Shown one piece after another: positions 26,631 through 36,034 of a DNA stretch of 64,000 nt. The notes under the pieces are model-generated. The model saw only the letters and a list, made by a program, of their open reading frames with translations, had not been told where the DNA came from and did no database searches. Source of the stretch: Terriglobia bacterium (lineage in GTDB: Bacteria > Acidobacteriota > Terriglobia > UBA7540); assembly GCA_049583595.1 (NCBI GenBank), contig JBAUWE010000166.1, forward strand, positions 4,913 to 68,912, given 5' to 3'. The position numbers and the translations under genes are program-made. Each line of letters starts with the position of its first letter. Positions within the stretch are counted from its first letter, which is position 1.

Positions 26631-29600
26631 GTGATAGCCCGCCTGATTGATTTGTGCGCACGCAACCGCTTCATGGTCTTTACCGGGGTTTTTCTGCTCG
26701 TCCTTTTTGGAATCTGGTCGATGAAGAACATCTCGCTCGATGCGCTTCCCGACATTTCAGACGTTCAGGTGATCATCCACACGCGCTGGGCCGGCCAGCC
26801 GCCGGACCTCATCGAAGACCAGGTCACCTACCCCATCGTCACCACCATGCTCGCGGCTCCCAAGGTGAAACAGGTGAGGGCACAGACGATGTTCGGCGAT
26901 TCCTATGTTTACGTCGTCTTCCAGGACGGGACGGACCTTTACTGGGCGCGGTCGCGGGTCCTTGAATATCTCCAGCAGCTCCAGGGCCAGCTTCCCCCCG
27001 GTGTCAATCCAGTGCTCGGCCCGGACGCTACCGGCGCTGGCTGGGTCTATCAATATGTCATGGTCGATCATTCGCACAAGCACAGCTTGGCGCAACTTCG
27101 CACGCTGCAGGACTGGTATGTCCGCTACTGGCTTGAGACCGTGCCGGGAGTCTCCGAAGTGGCTACAATCGGCGGATTTGTCCGCCAGTATCAGGTTCGG
27201 CTGGATCCGGACAAGCTCCAGGCCTACAACATCCCGCTCTCAACCGTCATCCAGCATGTCCGAGAGAGCACCAGCGAAGTCGGCGGCCGCTTGCTGGAAC
27301 TCGGCGGCGCGGAATACATGATCCGCGGCCTTGGCTATTTCAAATCGCTCGACGACCTTGCCAACATTCCCGTGGGCACACACAACGGCGTGCCGGTGAT
27401 GGTCAGTGACCTCGGGATGGTTTCCTTTGGGCCGGACATTCGCCGCGGAGCAGCCGACTGGAACGGCGAAGGAGAAACCGTGGGCGGCATCGTCGTGATG
27501 CGCTTTGGACAGAACGCGCTGAATGTGATCAACGGTATCAAGAAAAAAATTGCCGACATCAAACCCTCGCTTCCTCCGGGGGTGGAAATCGTTTCGGGTT
27601 ACGACCGCTCGAATCTGATCCACGATTCCATCGGCACCTTACAGCGTGACCTGCTGGAAGAAGCCATCATCGTCAGCCTGGTCATCATCATTTTCCTCTT
27701 CCACTTTCGGTCCGCGCTTATCCCGATCCTCACGCTTCCCATTGCTGTCATCGCTTCCTTCATTCCGATGTATTACTTCCACGTAAGCGCCAACATTATG
27801 TCGCTGGGGGGCCTGGCGCTGGCCATCGGGGTCCTGGTTGACGCTGCGATTGTGATGGTGGAGAACGGCTACCGCGTGCTCTCTGAACGGCAGCAGGAAC
27901 TTGCTGAAAGCGCATCGCAGGACGACCCTCCGGGCAGCGACCAGCCGCCAGGATCGGGTGTCTCTGAAGCGGGCGGTCCCGTGGCCAGCGCAACCCCTCC
28001 ACTAACCATCGGCCGCCGGGAGCGCGCCAAACTCCTGCTGAACGCCGCCCGCCAGGTTGGCCCTCCTATCTTCTTTTCGCTTGTCATCATCGTTGTTTCT
28101 TTCCTTCCTGTGTTTCTGCTGGAAGCCCAGGAAGGCCGGATGTTCCGGCCGCTGGCATGGACCAAGACTCTTGCCATCAGCTTTTCGTCCATCCTGGCCA
28201 TCACACTCATACCCATTCTGATGATCATTTTCATCCGCGGTCACCTGAAGCCGGAATCGGCCAACCCGGTGTCACGCTTCACGCAATTTCTCTATCTGCC
28301 GGTGCTGCGATTCTGCCTGCGCCACCGCCTGCTCGTCGTTCTCGCAAGTTTGGTTTTCCTTGCCGTCACTCTCCCGCTGACCGCCAGGATCGGAAGCCAG
28401 TTTATGCCGCCCTTCTACGAAGGCGACGCCTTATACATGCCGACTGCCTACCCCGGCATTTCCATCACATCCGCTTCCGCCCTGATGCAGGAACAGGATC
28501 GGATCATCAAGTCGTTTCCGGAAGTTGAAAGCGTTTTGGGATATGTCGGCAGATCCAACAGCGCAACGGACAACGCACCGCTCTCAATGTTCGACACGAC
28601 GATCCGATTGAAGCCGCGGTCAGAGTGGCCCAAGGGCATGACGTACTCCAGGCTGATCCAGGAGATGGATGCCCAACTGCAATTTCCCGGTATCACCAAC
28701 ACCTGGACGATGCCCATCCAGAACCGTCTGGATATGGAGTTAACAGGGATCAAAACACCGGTCGGCCTGAAGATCCAGGGTCCCAACCTTGCCGACATTC
28801 AGCAGGTGGGGTCCCAAGTCCAGCAGATTTTGTCAGGCCTGCCGGGAATCCGATCGGTATTCGCCGAACGAGTCGCACAAGGATTCTATGTGAACGTTCA
28901 AGTGAACCGGGCAGTCGCAGCGCGCTATGGGTTAACAGTGGCTGACGTGCAGCGGGCGGTGACATCCGGCATTGGCGGTGAAAACATCGCGGTCAATGTT
29001 CAGGGCCGCGAGAGGTACCCGGTGAACGTCCGCTACAACCGCGACTTTCGGGACAATCTGGACGCGCTGGGTCGCGTGCTCCTCTCCACACCCACCGGAG
29101 CCCAGGTGCCCATCAATGAAGTGGCAACCGTCTCCTTCTCCCGCGGTCCGGCGATGATCCGCGATGAAGACGCGCAGCTCACTGGCTACGTCTTTGTAGA
29201 TTTGAACACCGAAGACTATGGCGGATTTGTGGAGGAAGCAGACGCTCTGCTCCAACAGAAACTGAAACTGCCGGCCGGCGCTTCGTACCATTGGTCCGGG
29301 GAATATGAGTTCCAGTTGCGGGCGAAAAAACGGCTGGAACTGATCATGCCCATCGTATTCATTGTGATCTTCCTGTTGCTCTACATGATCTTCAACTCGG
29401 CTTCGGAAGCCGCCATCCTGATCCTGCCCACTGTTTTTGCGCTGACCGGCGGGCTGATCCTGCAGTTGATCCTTCATTACAATTTCAGTGTGGCGGTCTG
29501 GGTGGGTTACATCGCCCTGTTCGGTATTGCCGTTGAGACCGGCGTGGTGATGGTGGTCTATCTGCACGAAGCGCTGGATAAACGCCTGGCACGCGCCACG

Positions 29601-29897
29601 CCACTCCATCGTGACGATGTCTACCAGGCCACGATGGACGGTGCGGTGTTGCGCCTGCGCCCCAAGCTGATGACGGTCTGTGCGGTCCTGGCCAGCCTGA
29701 TTCCCATCCTGTGGGAAACGGGCGCGGGGTCCGACGTCATGAAGCCGATCGCCACTCCGATTGTGGGCGGCATGATCACTTCCTCGATCGCCGTGCTGAT
29801 CCTTCTGCCTGTTCTATTCATGACGCTTAAAGAGCGTCAATTAAGGCGCGGCACGCTGCGGGCGTCGCAGGACGGCGACAACAAAGAGATAGATTAA
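26631..29897 (+). CDS. cusA: CusA/CzcA-family heavy-metal RND efflux pump, Cu(I)/Ag(I) type
   Basis: 1088 aa with 12-TM RND topology. Positions equivalent to the E. coli CusA three-Met site appear conserved (LYMPT, KGMTY, LDMELTG). GTG start lies 1 nt after the cusB stop. Confidence 0.9.
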   Translation: MIARLIDLCARNRFMVFTGVFLLVLFGIWSMKNISLDALPDISDVQVIIHTRWAGQPPDLIEDQVTYPIVTTMLAAPKVKQVRAQTMFGDSYVYVVFQDGTDLYWARSRVLEYLQQLQGQLPPGVNPVLGPDATGAGWVYQYVMVDHSHKHSLAQLRTLQDWYVRYWLETVPGVSEVATIGGFVRQYQVRLDPDKLQAYNIPLSTVIQHVRESTSEVGGRLLELGGAEYMIRGLGYFKSLDDLANIPVGTHNGVPVMVSDLGMVSFGPDIRRGAADWNGEGETVGGIVVMRFGQNALNVINGIKKKIADIKPSLPPGVEIVSGYDRSNLIHDSIGTLQRDLLEEAIIVSLVIIIFLFHFRSALIPILTLPIAVIASFIPMYYFHVSANIMSLGGLALAIGVLVDAAIVMVENGYRVLSERQQELAESASQDDPPGSDQPPGSGVSEAGGPVASATPPLTIGRRERAKLLLNAARQVGPPIFFSLVIIVVSFLPVFLLEAQEGRMFRPLAWTKTLAISFSSILAITLIPILMIIFIRGHLKPESANPVSRFTQFLYLPVLRFCLRHRLLVVLASLVFLAVTLPLTARIGSQFMPPFYEGDALYMPTAYPGISITSASALMQEQDRIIKSFPEVESVLGYVGRSNSATDNAPLSMFDTTIRLKPRSEWPKGMTYSRLIQEMDAQLQFPGITNTWTMPIQNRLDMELTGIKTPVGLKIQGPNLADIQQVGSQVQQILSGLPGIRSVFAERVAQGFYVNVQVNRAVAARYGLTVADVQRAVTSGIGGENIAVNVQGRERYPVNVRYNRDFRDNLDALGRVLLSTPTGAQVPINEVATVSFSRGPAMIRDEDAQLTGYVFVDLNTEDYGGFVEEADALLQQKLKLPAGASYHWSGEYEFQLRAKKRLELIMPIVFIVIFLLLYMIFNSASEAAILILPTVFALTGGLILQLILHYNFSVAVWVGYIALFGIAVETGVVMVVYLHEALDKRLARATPLHRDDVYQATMDGAVLRLRPKLMTVCAVLASLIPILWETGAGSDVMKPIATPIVGGMITSSIAVLILLPVLFMTLKERQLRRGTLRASQDGDNKEID

Positions 29898-30027
29898 TGC
29901 ACCTAATAATCAACGAGATAGAGACATTTCCCGGGCACTTAAACCGGGATGATTCTTTGTCTCCGTCTGCTTGTTCAGTGGCGAATTTTTAAAGTGATAC
30001 AATGAGAGGCAATTGCAGGAGAAAGCC

Positions 30028-30528
30028 ATGAGGGGCAAACGACTCTCGATCACCATTCTAGCCATCGCGCTGGTCCTCGGCGTGGCATGGGTCATTCATC
30101 GCGAGGTGACGCCGAAACAGCCGGCCGTCTGCGAAATTTGCGGGCGCGGAATTATGAATCAAGTGGAATTTCAGATCGATACGGCGCACGGAACCATTTA
30201 CGCCTGCTGCCCCGGCTGCGCCCTGCACCACATCCTCAACCACCCCGGAGAAGCGCGCAAGGAACTGGCCACCGACTTCAAAAGCGGGCGTCTGATTCCG
30301 GCGCGATCGGCTTATTACGACATGGGCGGCGACGTGCAATATTGTACCCGCCGCGATCCTTCCCTCCAGCGCGTGCCCGGCCAGGGAGTGGAAATGCGCG
30401 TCTATGACCGCTGCCTGCCCGTGCTGGTCGCTTTCGCCTCAAAGGACGACGCCGAGAGTTATCGCCAGCAGCACGGCGGCCGCGTCGTTACGTTCGACCA
30501 GGCCCTCGCCGATGTCCGCAACCGGTAA
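30028..30528 (+). CDS. membrane-anchored TRASH-type zinc-finger + NosL-like metallochaperone-like protein
   Basis: ORF 30013..30528. ATG 30028 lies 6 nt after AGGAGA. N-terminal TM anchor. CEICG-x22-CCPGC fits the TRASH pattern C-x2-C-x19-22-C-x3-C. The C-terminal half is NosL-like (..VLVAFASKDDAESY..). Confidence 0.55.
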   Translation: MRGKRLSITILAIALVLGVAWVIHREVTPKQPAVCEICGRGIMNQVEFQIDTAHGTIYACCPGCALHHILNHPGEARKELATDFKSGRLIPARSAYYDMGGDVQYCTRRDPSLQRVPGQGVEMRVYDRCLPVLVAFASKDDAESYRQQHGGRVVTFDQALADVRNR

Positions 30529-30630
30529 GCCATCCTGCATGGATAGTAAGGCAACAAGCAAGGTGTTGCTGCGCGCAACTCTCCATCCGCTGTCAGGCAT
30601 TCTGGTAGAATTTGAGCCGGTGAAGGTTCG

Positions 30631-31770
30631 ATGTCCAATCGCCTTTTCAATTCTCGGGTGTTGAAGAGAATTGCTCTCCTTTGTGCATGCGGGTCGCTTC
30701 TCAGCACGGCGGCCTTTGCCGCGGATATGCTGGTCTATTCGGTCACCACGGGCCAGGAGGGCCGGTGGGCGCGAATTGAGAAGACCGTGGTTTTTGCGCT
30801 CGACCCCCTGCAGGACCAGCCGCGGGTGGTCTTTTCCGACGCGGGCGCGGATTTCCTGCTGATAACCTCCGGGGAGAGATTGACGGCCGCTACGGGCAGA
30901 CGCGTCTTTGCGCTCGGCGTCGACCGAAAAAATTACCAGAGCGGTTTCCCGCATTTCCCCGCTGCCGTGTACGAACTTTCCACAGACGGCTCAAACCACG
31001 CGCGAAAGATTTTTGACATCGAGGGCGAAAACGGGTCCAGCAATTTTCGCGACCTTTTCGTCAGTCCTTCGGGCTCTAAGATCGGTCACATCAACAATCT
31101 CGGTGGCAAGTGGTATCTCATCCTGCACGACACGGCCACCGGAAAGCTGTTGCTCAAGATGGACCTCACGCCCATCGCGCTCGATTGTTTTGTGAGGGAA
31201 ATCGGCTGGATACCGGACGGCAAGCGCCTGTTTTTCACACTCGAGACCGGGGACGTGGACATGACTTCCAAGGCATCCTACGCGCGCGCCGGCAGTTACC
31301 TGATGCCCGACACAGGCGGCACTCCGGTGCGCGTCCCCCCTGACGTTACCGCGCGTCCCAGGCGCCCGGGCTACCAGCCCGTGGCCGATACCCCACCCAC
31401 GCTGCTCGGCCAGTTGCCCGACGGCCGCTTCCTCCTCAGCGAGTTCCAATGGAAACAGGGCCCGGCGGTCCGGCCCCCGGCGAAAGCAACCACCTTTTTT
31501 TACACGGTGAGTCCAACAGCCATGACACGGAAGGATTTTCTGGCGAGTACGAATATTTTGCTCGGCTCGGTTCACCTCTCTGCCTCCGGCAAGCTGGTGA
31601 GTTATGTTGAGTCGCATGGCGAGCAGCGGGTTGGACGGGACCTGATCGATAACCGAACCGTGCACGTCCTTGATCTGGCTACGGGCAAAGACCAGAACCT
31701 GTTTTCATTCCCTGCAAAGCTCCTCAATCTTCCGGTAACAGAACTGATCGGCTGGCTCGACGAGAAGTGA
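30631..31770 (+). CDS. exported beta-propeller-like protein (TolB/PD40-like repeats)
   Basis: Signal peptide ending AFAA. Repeated motifs VSPSGSKIG, WIPDGKRLFF, LPDGRFLL and LSASGKLVSYV. Confidence 0.5.
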   Translation: MSNRLFNSRVLKRIALLCACGSLLSTAAFAADMLVYSVTTGQEGRWARIEKTVVFALDPLQDQPRVVFSDAGADFLLITSGERLTAATGRRVFALGVDRKNYQSGFPHFPAAVYELSTDGSNHARKIFDIEGENGSSNFRDLFVSPSGSKIGHINNLGGKWYLILHDTATGKLLLKMDLTPIALDCFVREIGWIPDGKRLFFTLETGDVDMTSKASYARAGSYLMPDTGGTPVRVPPDVTARPRRPGYQPVADTPPTLLGQLPDGRFLLSEFQWKQGPAVRPPAKATTFFYTVSPTAMTRKDFLASTNILLGSVHLSASGKLVSYVESHGEQRVGRDLIDNRTVHVLDLATGKDQNLFSFPAKLLNLPVTELIGWLDEK

Positions 31771-31814
31771 GAGAAAACACGCCCCGCGCGGTTTTGTTCC
31801 ATCAATCTCACGCT

Positions 31815-33104
31815 TCACACACTCGCTATTGTTTTGACTATAGCGTCGCCGTTCTTGAAGAGCTCCGGCTTGATTTCGGCGCCGATGCCGGGGGCTTCCG
31901 GGGCTTTGACGTGGCCATCGACGGGCGCGGGCACGTTATTCACAAAGTAAGGATACTGGTGGGCCCATTTCCAATAGTTGCTCTCCATGATCAGGAAATT
32001 AGGGACAGCGGTTGAGACGTGCGCGGCCGAGATGAAGAGCAGCGGGCCGCCGCAGGTGTGGGGCGAAGTGGGAATGGAATAGGCATCGGCCATGTCGGCA
32101 ATCTTTTTGGCTTCTGTAGGGCCGCCGCACCAGCAGAGGTCATACATCGCCACCGAGCAGGCTTTGCGCTCAAAGAAGCGCCGGTATTCGTAGCGGGTGG
32201 CGAGCGTTTCGCTCATGTTCAGCGGCACGCTCGTCTTGGCGGCCAGAGCGGCGTAGGTGTCGGCGTTGGTGTTCACCATCACGTCTTCAAGGTACATGAT
32301 GTTGTAAGGCTCGAGCGCCCTGGCAATGCGCTGCGCGCTCGGCAGGTCGAAATTCCCCCAGCAGTCTACGCAGATATCCATGCGGTTGCCCACGCCGTCA
32401 CGAATGTCACGAATCCATTTCAAACCGCGTTCGAGGGCTTCGTTGGAAAGGTATTTCTCCGGCGCGCGAAAGGGATAGATCTTCATGCCGGTAATCCCGC
32501 GGTCCAGAAGAAAGTGGACGATCTTCATCGTGTCCGGCCCCATCTTCATGTTGTTGATGGCCCAGTAGTCGGTGGTGGTGTTGTAGACGCGCACGCGCTC
32601 GCGCGTTTTCCCGCCCAGGACGCGGTAGAGAGGAAGGCCGGCAGCCTGTCCCAGAACATCGAGCTGCGCCATGTTGAGCGCGCTGAGCAGCCGCATGTCC
32701 GCCCCGCCGGCGTTTCGCATGGACATCTGAAAATAAAAATCGCGCCAGACGCCCTCGATGTCGCGCGGGTCGCGCCCGATGAGTTTGAGCTCTTTGGAAT
32801 AATCCTCGAGTGCGCCCAGCTGGCCGTTGTCCCACGGATAGGTTTCGCCGGTCCCGATAATGCCCTTGTCCGTGTGCAGCCTGACCCACATGAACTCGGC
32901 CCCGTCATCCTTGCTACCGGAGCCGCCGCCGATGTGGAGGTCCTTGCGGAAGGTGACCGCCTCGATCCTGGTGATCTTCATGGATTCGGTGCGATTGCGG
33001 GCTTCCATCGCCGACTGCGGAAGCGCACCCATGCCCACCGCAGCCAGCGATCCCGCGCCTGCCTGCTCCAGAAATTCCCTTCGTGTCGTGGGATTGTTTT
33101 TCAT
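31815..33104 (-). CDS. enolase-superfamily (MR/MLE family) dehydratase-like protein with Tat signal
   Basis: 429 aa. TTRREFLEQAGAGSLAAVGMGA is a twin-arginine signal. MR/MLE pattern (ALNMAQLDVLGQAAGLPLYRVLGG, metal-ligand region DCWGNFD..YLED). Confidence 0.85.
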   Translation of the reverse strand: MKNNPTTRREFLEQAGAGSLAAVGMGALPQSAMEARNRTESMKITRIEAVTFRKDLHIGGGSGSKDDGAEFMWVRLHTDKGIIGTGETYPWDNGQLGALEDYSKELKLIGRDPRDIEGVWRDFYFQMSMRNAGGADMRLLSALNMAQLDVLGQAAGLPLYRVLGGKTRERVRVYNTTTDYWAINNMKMGPDTMKIVHFLLDRGITGMKIYPFRAPEKYLSNEALERGLKWIRDIRDGVGNRMDICVDCWGNFDLPSAQRIARALEPYNIMYLEDVMVNTNADTYAALAAKTSVPLNMSETLATRYEYRRFFERKACSVAMYDLCWCGGPTEAKKIADMADAYSIPTSPHTCGGPLLFISAAHVSTAVPNFLIMESNYWKWAHQYPYFVNNVPAPVDGHVKAPEAPGIGAEIKPELFKNGDAIVKTIASV

Positions 33105-33153
33105 TTCATTCTCCTTTATTCAGGGACCTCTCTGAATAACTGCCGGTGCTTTT

Positions 33154-34431
33154 CTACCACGCCGTCATGGCGTCGGAGAAGAGTTGGGTCAGGTCGTCGG
33201 CGTTGGCGGGGCGGGGAGAGAGTTTGGTAACGCGGTGCTGGGGCAGGGTGCCTTCCACCAGGGCCGGGATGTCTTCCGACTTGTAACCCAGCGCGCCCAG
33301 GCCGTTGGGAACCTCGAGGTCGCGCATGAACTCGACCACGCGGTCTGCAAGAATTTTCCCCGCATCCTGCAGCTTCGCGCCGCTGACTTTGGCTCCCAGA
33401 ATTTCCGCCGCCTTCAAGTGGCGCTCCGGGCAGGCCTGCGCGGTAAAGCGATAGACCGCCGGGGCGTTCAGAATCACCGAGATTCCGTGCGGCACCATCG
33501 GGTGGTCAACGGCGTAGCCGCGAGGCCGAAAGTCCCGCACCAGCCCCGACACGGGATAGGACATGCCGTGCGGCAAGTGCACGCCGGCGTTGCCGAACCC
33601 GATGCCGGCGTAGGAAGAAGCCAGCAGCATGAACGCCCGAGCCTCGTCGTCGGCCGGATCGGCCACGGCGCGCTTCAGGTAAGCGGCCACCAGCCTCAGC
33701 GCTTCCAGGCTCCAGAGGTCGCTGATGGGATTCGAGCCCTGGTAGGCAGGGCGCATGATGGGCCGTTCGGGGCGCGGGCGCTGGAGAAACGGCAGCGCGG
33801 TGTAGGACTCGATGGCGTGCGACAGCACATCGAGCCCCGTGGAAGCCGCCACCGCCGCGGGCACCGTGCGGGTGTTTTCCGGATCGACAATGCCCAGGGT
33901 CGGCTTCAGCCGGCGGTGGGCGATACCCGTTTTGGCGTGGAGCGCGCTGAGGTCAAAGATGGACACGCCCGTGGTCTCGCTGCCCGTGCCCGCCGTGGTA
34001 GGGATGGCAATCAGGGTCTTCAGCGGTCCGGGAACCGGCTGCCCCTTGCCGATAGGCGGGTTGACGTATTCCAGAAAATCCGCCGGATAGCAGGAGTAAA
34101 GGTTGGCGGCCTTGGCGGTGTCCATGGTGGAGCCGCCGCCCACCGCCACAAACGCGTCGAAGTCGTCCGCCTGCGCCGCGGCAATCGCTTCCTGGAAGGA
34201 TTCGTCGGTGGGCTCGGTACGCACGCGGTCAAAAAGCGAGAATCGGATCTTGTGGGCTTCGAGCGATTCCAGCGCCGTCGCCACCGGCGGCAGGTTGCGC
34301 AGGATGGCATCCGTAAAAACGAGAACGTGCCGCTTGCCCAGGTCGGCCATCTCGGCGCCCAGCTCGCGCGTAACTCCCGCTCCAAACCGGATGCCGGAGG
34401 TCACCATCTCAAATGCGTATTCGCGCTCCAT
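33154..34431 (-). CDS. iron-containing alcohol dehydrogenase family, hydroxyacid-oxoacid transhydrogenase-like
   Basis: ORF 33154..34461, start moved to the ATG giving MEREYAFEMVTSGIRFGAGVTRELG, which closely resembles the ADHFE1/HOT N-terminus. GGGS..D and H-rich Fe-ADH motifs. Confidence 0.85.
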   Translation of the reverse strand: MEREYAFEMVTSGIRFGAGVTRELGAEMADLGKRHVLVFTDAILRNLPPVATALESLEAHKIRFSLFDRVRTEPTDESFQEAIAAAQADDFDAFVAVGGGSTMDTAKAANLYSCYPADFLEYVNPPIGKGQPVPGPLKTLIAIPTTAGTGSETTGVSIFDLSALHAKTGIAHRRLKPTLGIVDPENTRTVPAAVAASTGLDVLSHAIESYTALPFLQRPRPERPIMRPAYQGSNPISDLWSLEALRLVAAYLKRAVADPADDEARAFMLLASSYAGIGFGNAGVHLPHGMSYPVSGLVRDFRPRGYAVDHPMVPHGISVILNAPAVYRFTAQACPERHLKAAEILGAKVSGAKLQDAGKILADRVVEFMRDLEVPNGLGALGYKSEDIPALVEGTLPQHRVTKLSPRPANADDLTQLFSDAMTAW

Positions 34432-34794
34432 CCTATCCCCCTGCGGCCGCGCTTTGTACACCCTGCCCGGCCACTTGATTTCAGTGGAAAAATTGCAGCG
34501 CCCAGTATACTACGCGCCCGGGAGGGGGCGGCGGGGAACATGCTTCGGAGGCCTTGCAGGTAACCTCACCCGTAAGACGTTGATTGCAATAAGGCCTTCG
34601 CAAAAGGGGACCTGCAAGAAGCCAAGTGGAGCGAAGGAACTAGAACTAAAGTGGGATTGGCTTCCTTACTTATAGGGTCTATTATACTGGCGTGGTGCAA
34701 AGAGTTGCACACCCGGCACGTCGCATCACAGGAAGTTGCTTTTATAGGTAATTTTTGGTGTGGATGGTCATAGATCGGAAGGGGGAGGACGAGC

Positions 34795-35262
34795 GTGAAC
34801 ATTATGAAAAGCCTCAAGTTAATGCTGAATTCGATGGCTGAACACGCCTCCTGCAGAGTCTTTGTGGCAAACAACACGATCCACCGGAAAGTCCTGATTG
34901 TGGCAGATGAACCCGCAATCAAGAACCTCCTGCTGCTTGTGAGAAAACTGGACAGCCGGCGGGTGGCCACGAGCACAGGAACTTGCCTGTCTACCGTTCA
35001 TCGAAGGACGTTTGACACCGCCATTCTTGACATGAGGTGTTCACAGAGACGGACTGCCTCCAGAGGCTACGGCTTCGGTAAGGTCTGGGCAAACATGACG
35101 GGAAGAGTGCTGGTGATCAACGCCGAAGTCAACAATCAGAAAACATTGGAAATGGCCGAGCGATTCATTTATCATCGGCACACCATCGAGGGTCTTTTGT
35201 TCGATCTGGCAGACCTCGCCAGGGCTCTCGTCGGACGTTCGCCCGCACCACACCGCATCTGA
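34795..35262 (+). CDS. stand-alone receiver-like (REC) domain protein, divergent
   Basis: GTG 34795 lies 6 nt after GGAGG. KVLIVADEPAIKNLL...FDTAILDM... resembles a CheY-like receiver. Located in a locally low-GC stretch. Weak call. Confidence 0.4.
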   Translation: MNIMKSLKLMLNSMAEHASCRVFVANNTIHRKVLIVADEPAIKNLLLLVRKLDSRRVATSTGTCLSTVHRRTFDTAILDMRCSQRRTASRGYGFGKVWANMTGRVLVINAEVNNQKTLEMAERFIYHRHTIEGLLFDLADLARALVGRSPAPHRI

Positions 35263-35732
35263 TCGTGCCGGCAAAGCGAACGGGCACAAACTCAAGCACC
35301 GTTGCGCCGTCGCGTGCCTTCATTGTTTTCCACTGGTATCCCAATCACGAAACCCTGAATAGACTCCGTTTCACGACGGGGTCATGATCAGGGCTTTCTC
35401 GCGCCGTGTCGGCCGGCGAAATCCCCCAGCTGGCAAGCGGCACACGCGGGCACCCTCGACGAAGCCACGGTACCACCCCGACTAGTACTAAAGTTGAATT
35501 GTCAGATTCAGGGCTTCGGGATAGGATGGAGGTGTCATTACGAATGGGCATCTGCCTGGGGAGGGGGACGTCTCGTATGACCTTGTTGCTGCAGTTTCTG
35601 GCTGTTTTCAGCATCCTTTTCCTTTTGTATTTTCACGTGTTTCGCGAGAAGGAACCAGGGCGGAGAAAGACATTGCGCTTTGCTGCTGTGTTCCGCTCGC
35701 CTGATCACCGTTCCGTTACCCGTTCAGAATGG

Positions 35733-35761
35733 AAAAAAGGGCTGTACTGATCTGTACAGCC
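35733..35761 (-). terminator. rho-independent terminator-like hairpin (minus strand)
   Basis: Minus strand reads GGCTGTAC-AGATCA-GTACAGCC followed by CTTTTTTCC: an 8-bp perfect stem plus a T6 tract. No annotated minus-strand gene lies upstream of it. Confidence 0.4.
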
Positions 35762-36034
35762 GCCCGCCGGCGGTGTGCAAAGGCATGGATGGAGTTTCCA
35801 CCCCGCAGGGCCTTCCCGCCTGAAGGCTGAATCTGCAATCCAACCTTTTCCAGCCGAACATCTTCCAGCCGCTAAAACCATATCCAGGAATTTTCCCGTG
35901 CAGAGAAGCCCCCGCAGAACCTCTCGCTTCGCGCGGCGGCAGGCACTACAATAGTAAGTTTCGCACCCGTCGTATGATCATCAAAGGGCGAGGCCATCCG
36001 TGGCTGACCCGATAGCGAGGATAATAACAAGAAG

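Noticed and set aside
32019-34563. Two long plus-strand ORFs (403 aa and 459 aa) antisense to the enolase-family and Fe-ADH genes
   Set aside because: Shadow ORFs opposite genes with strong family signatures.
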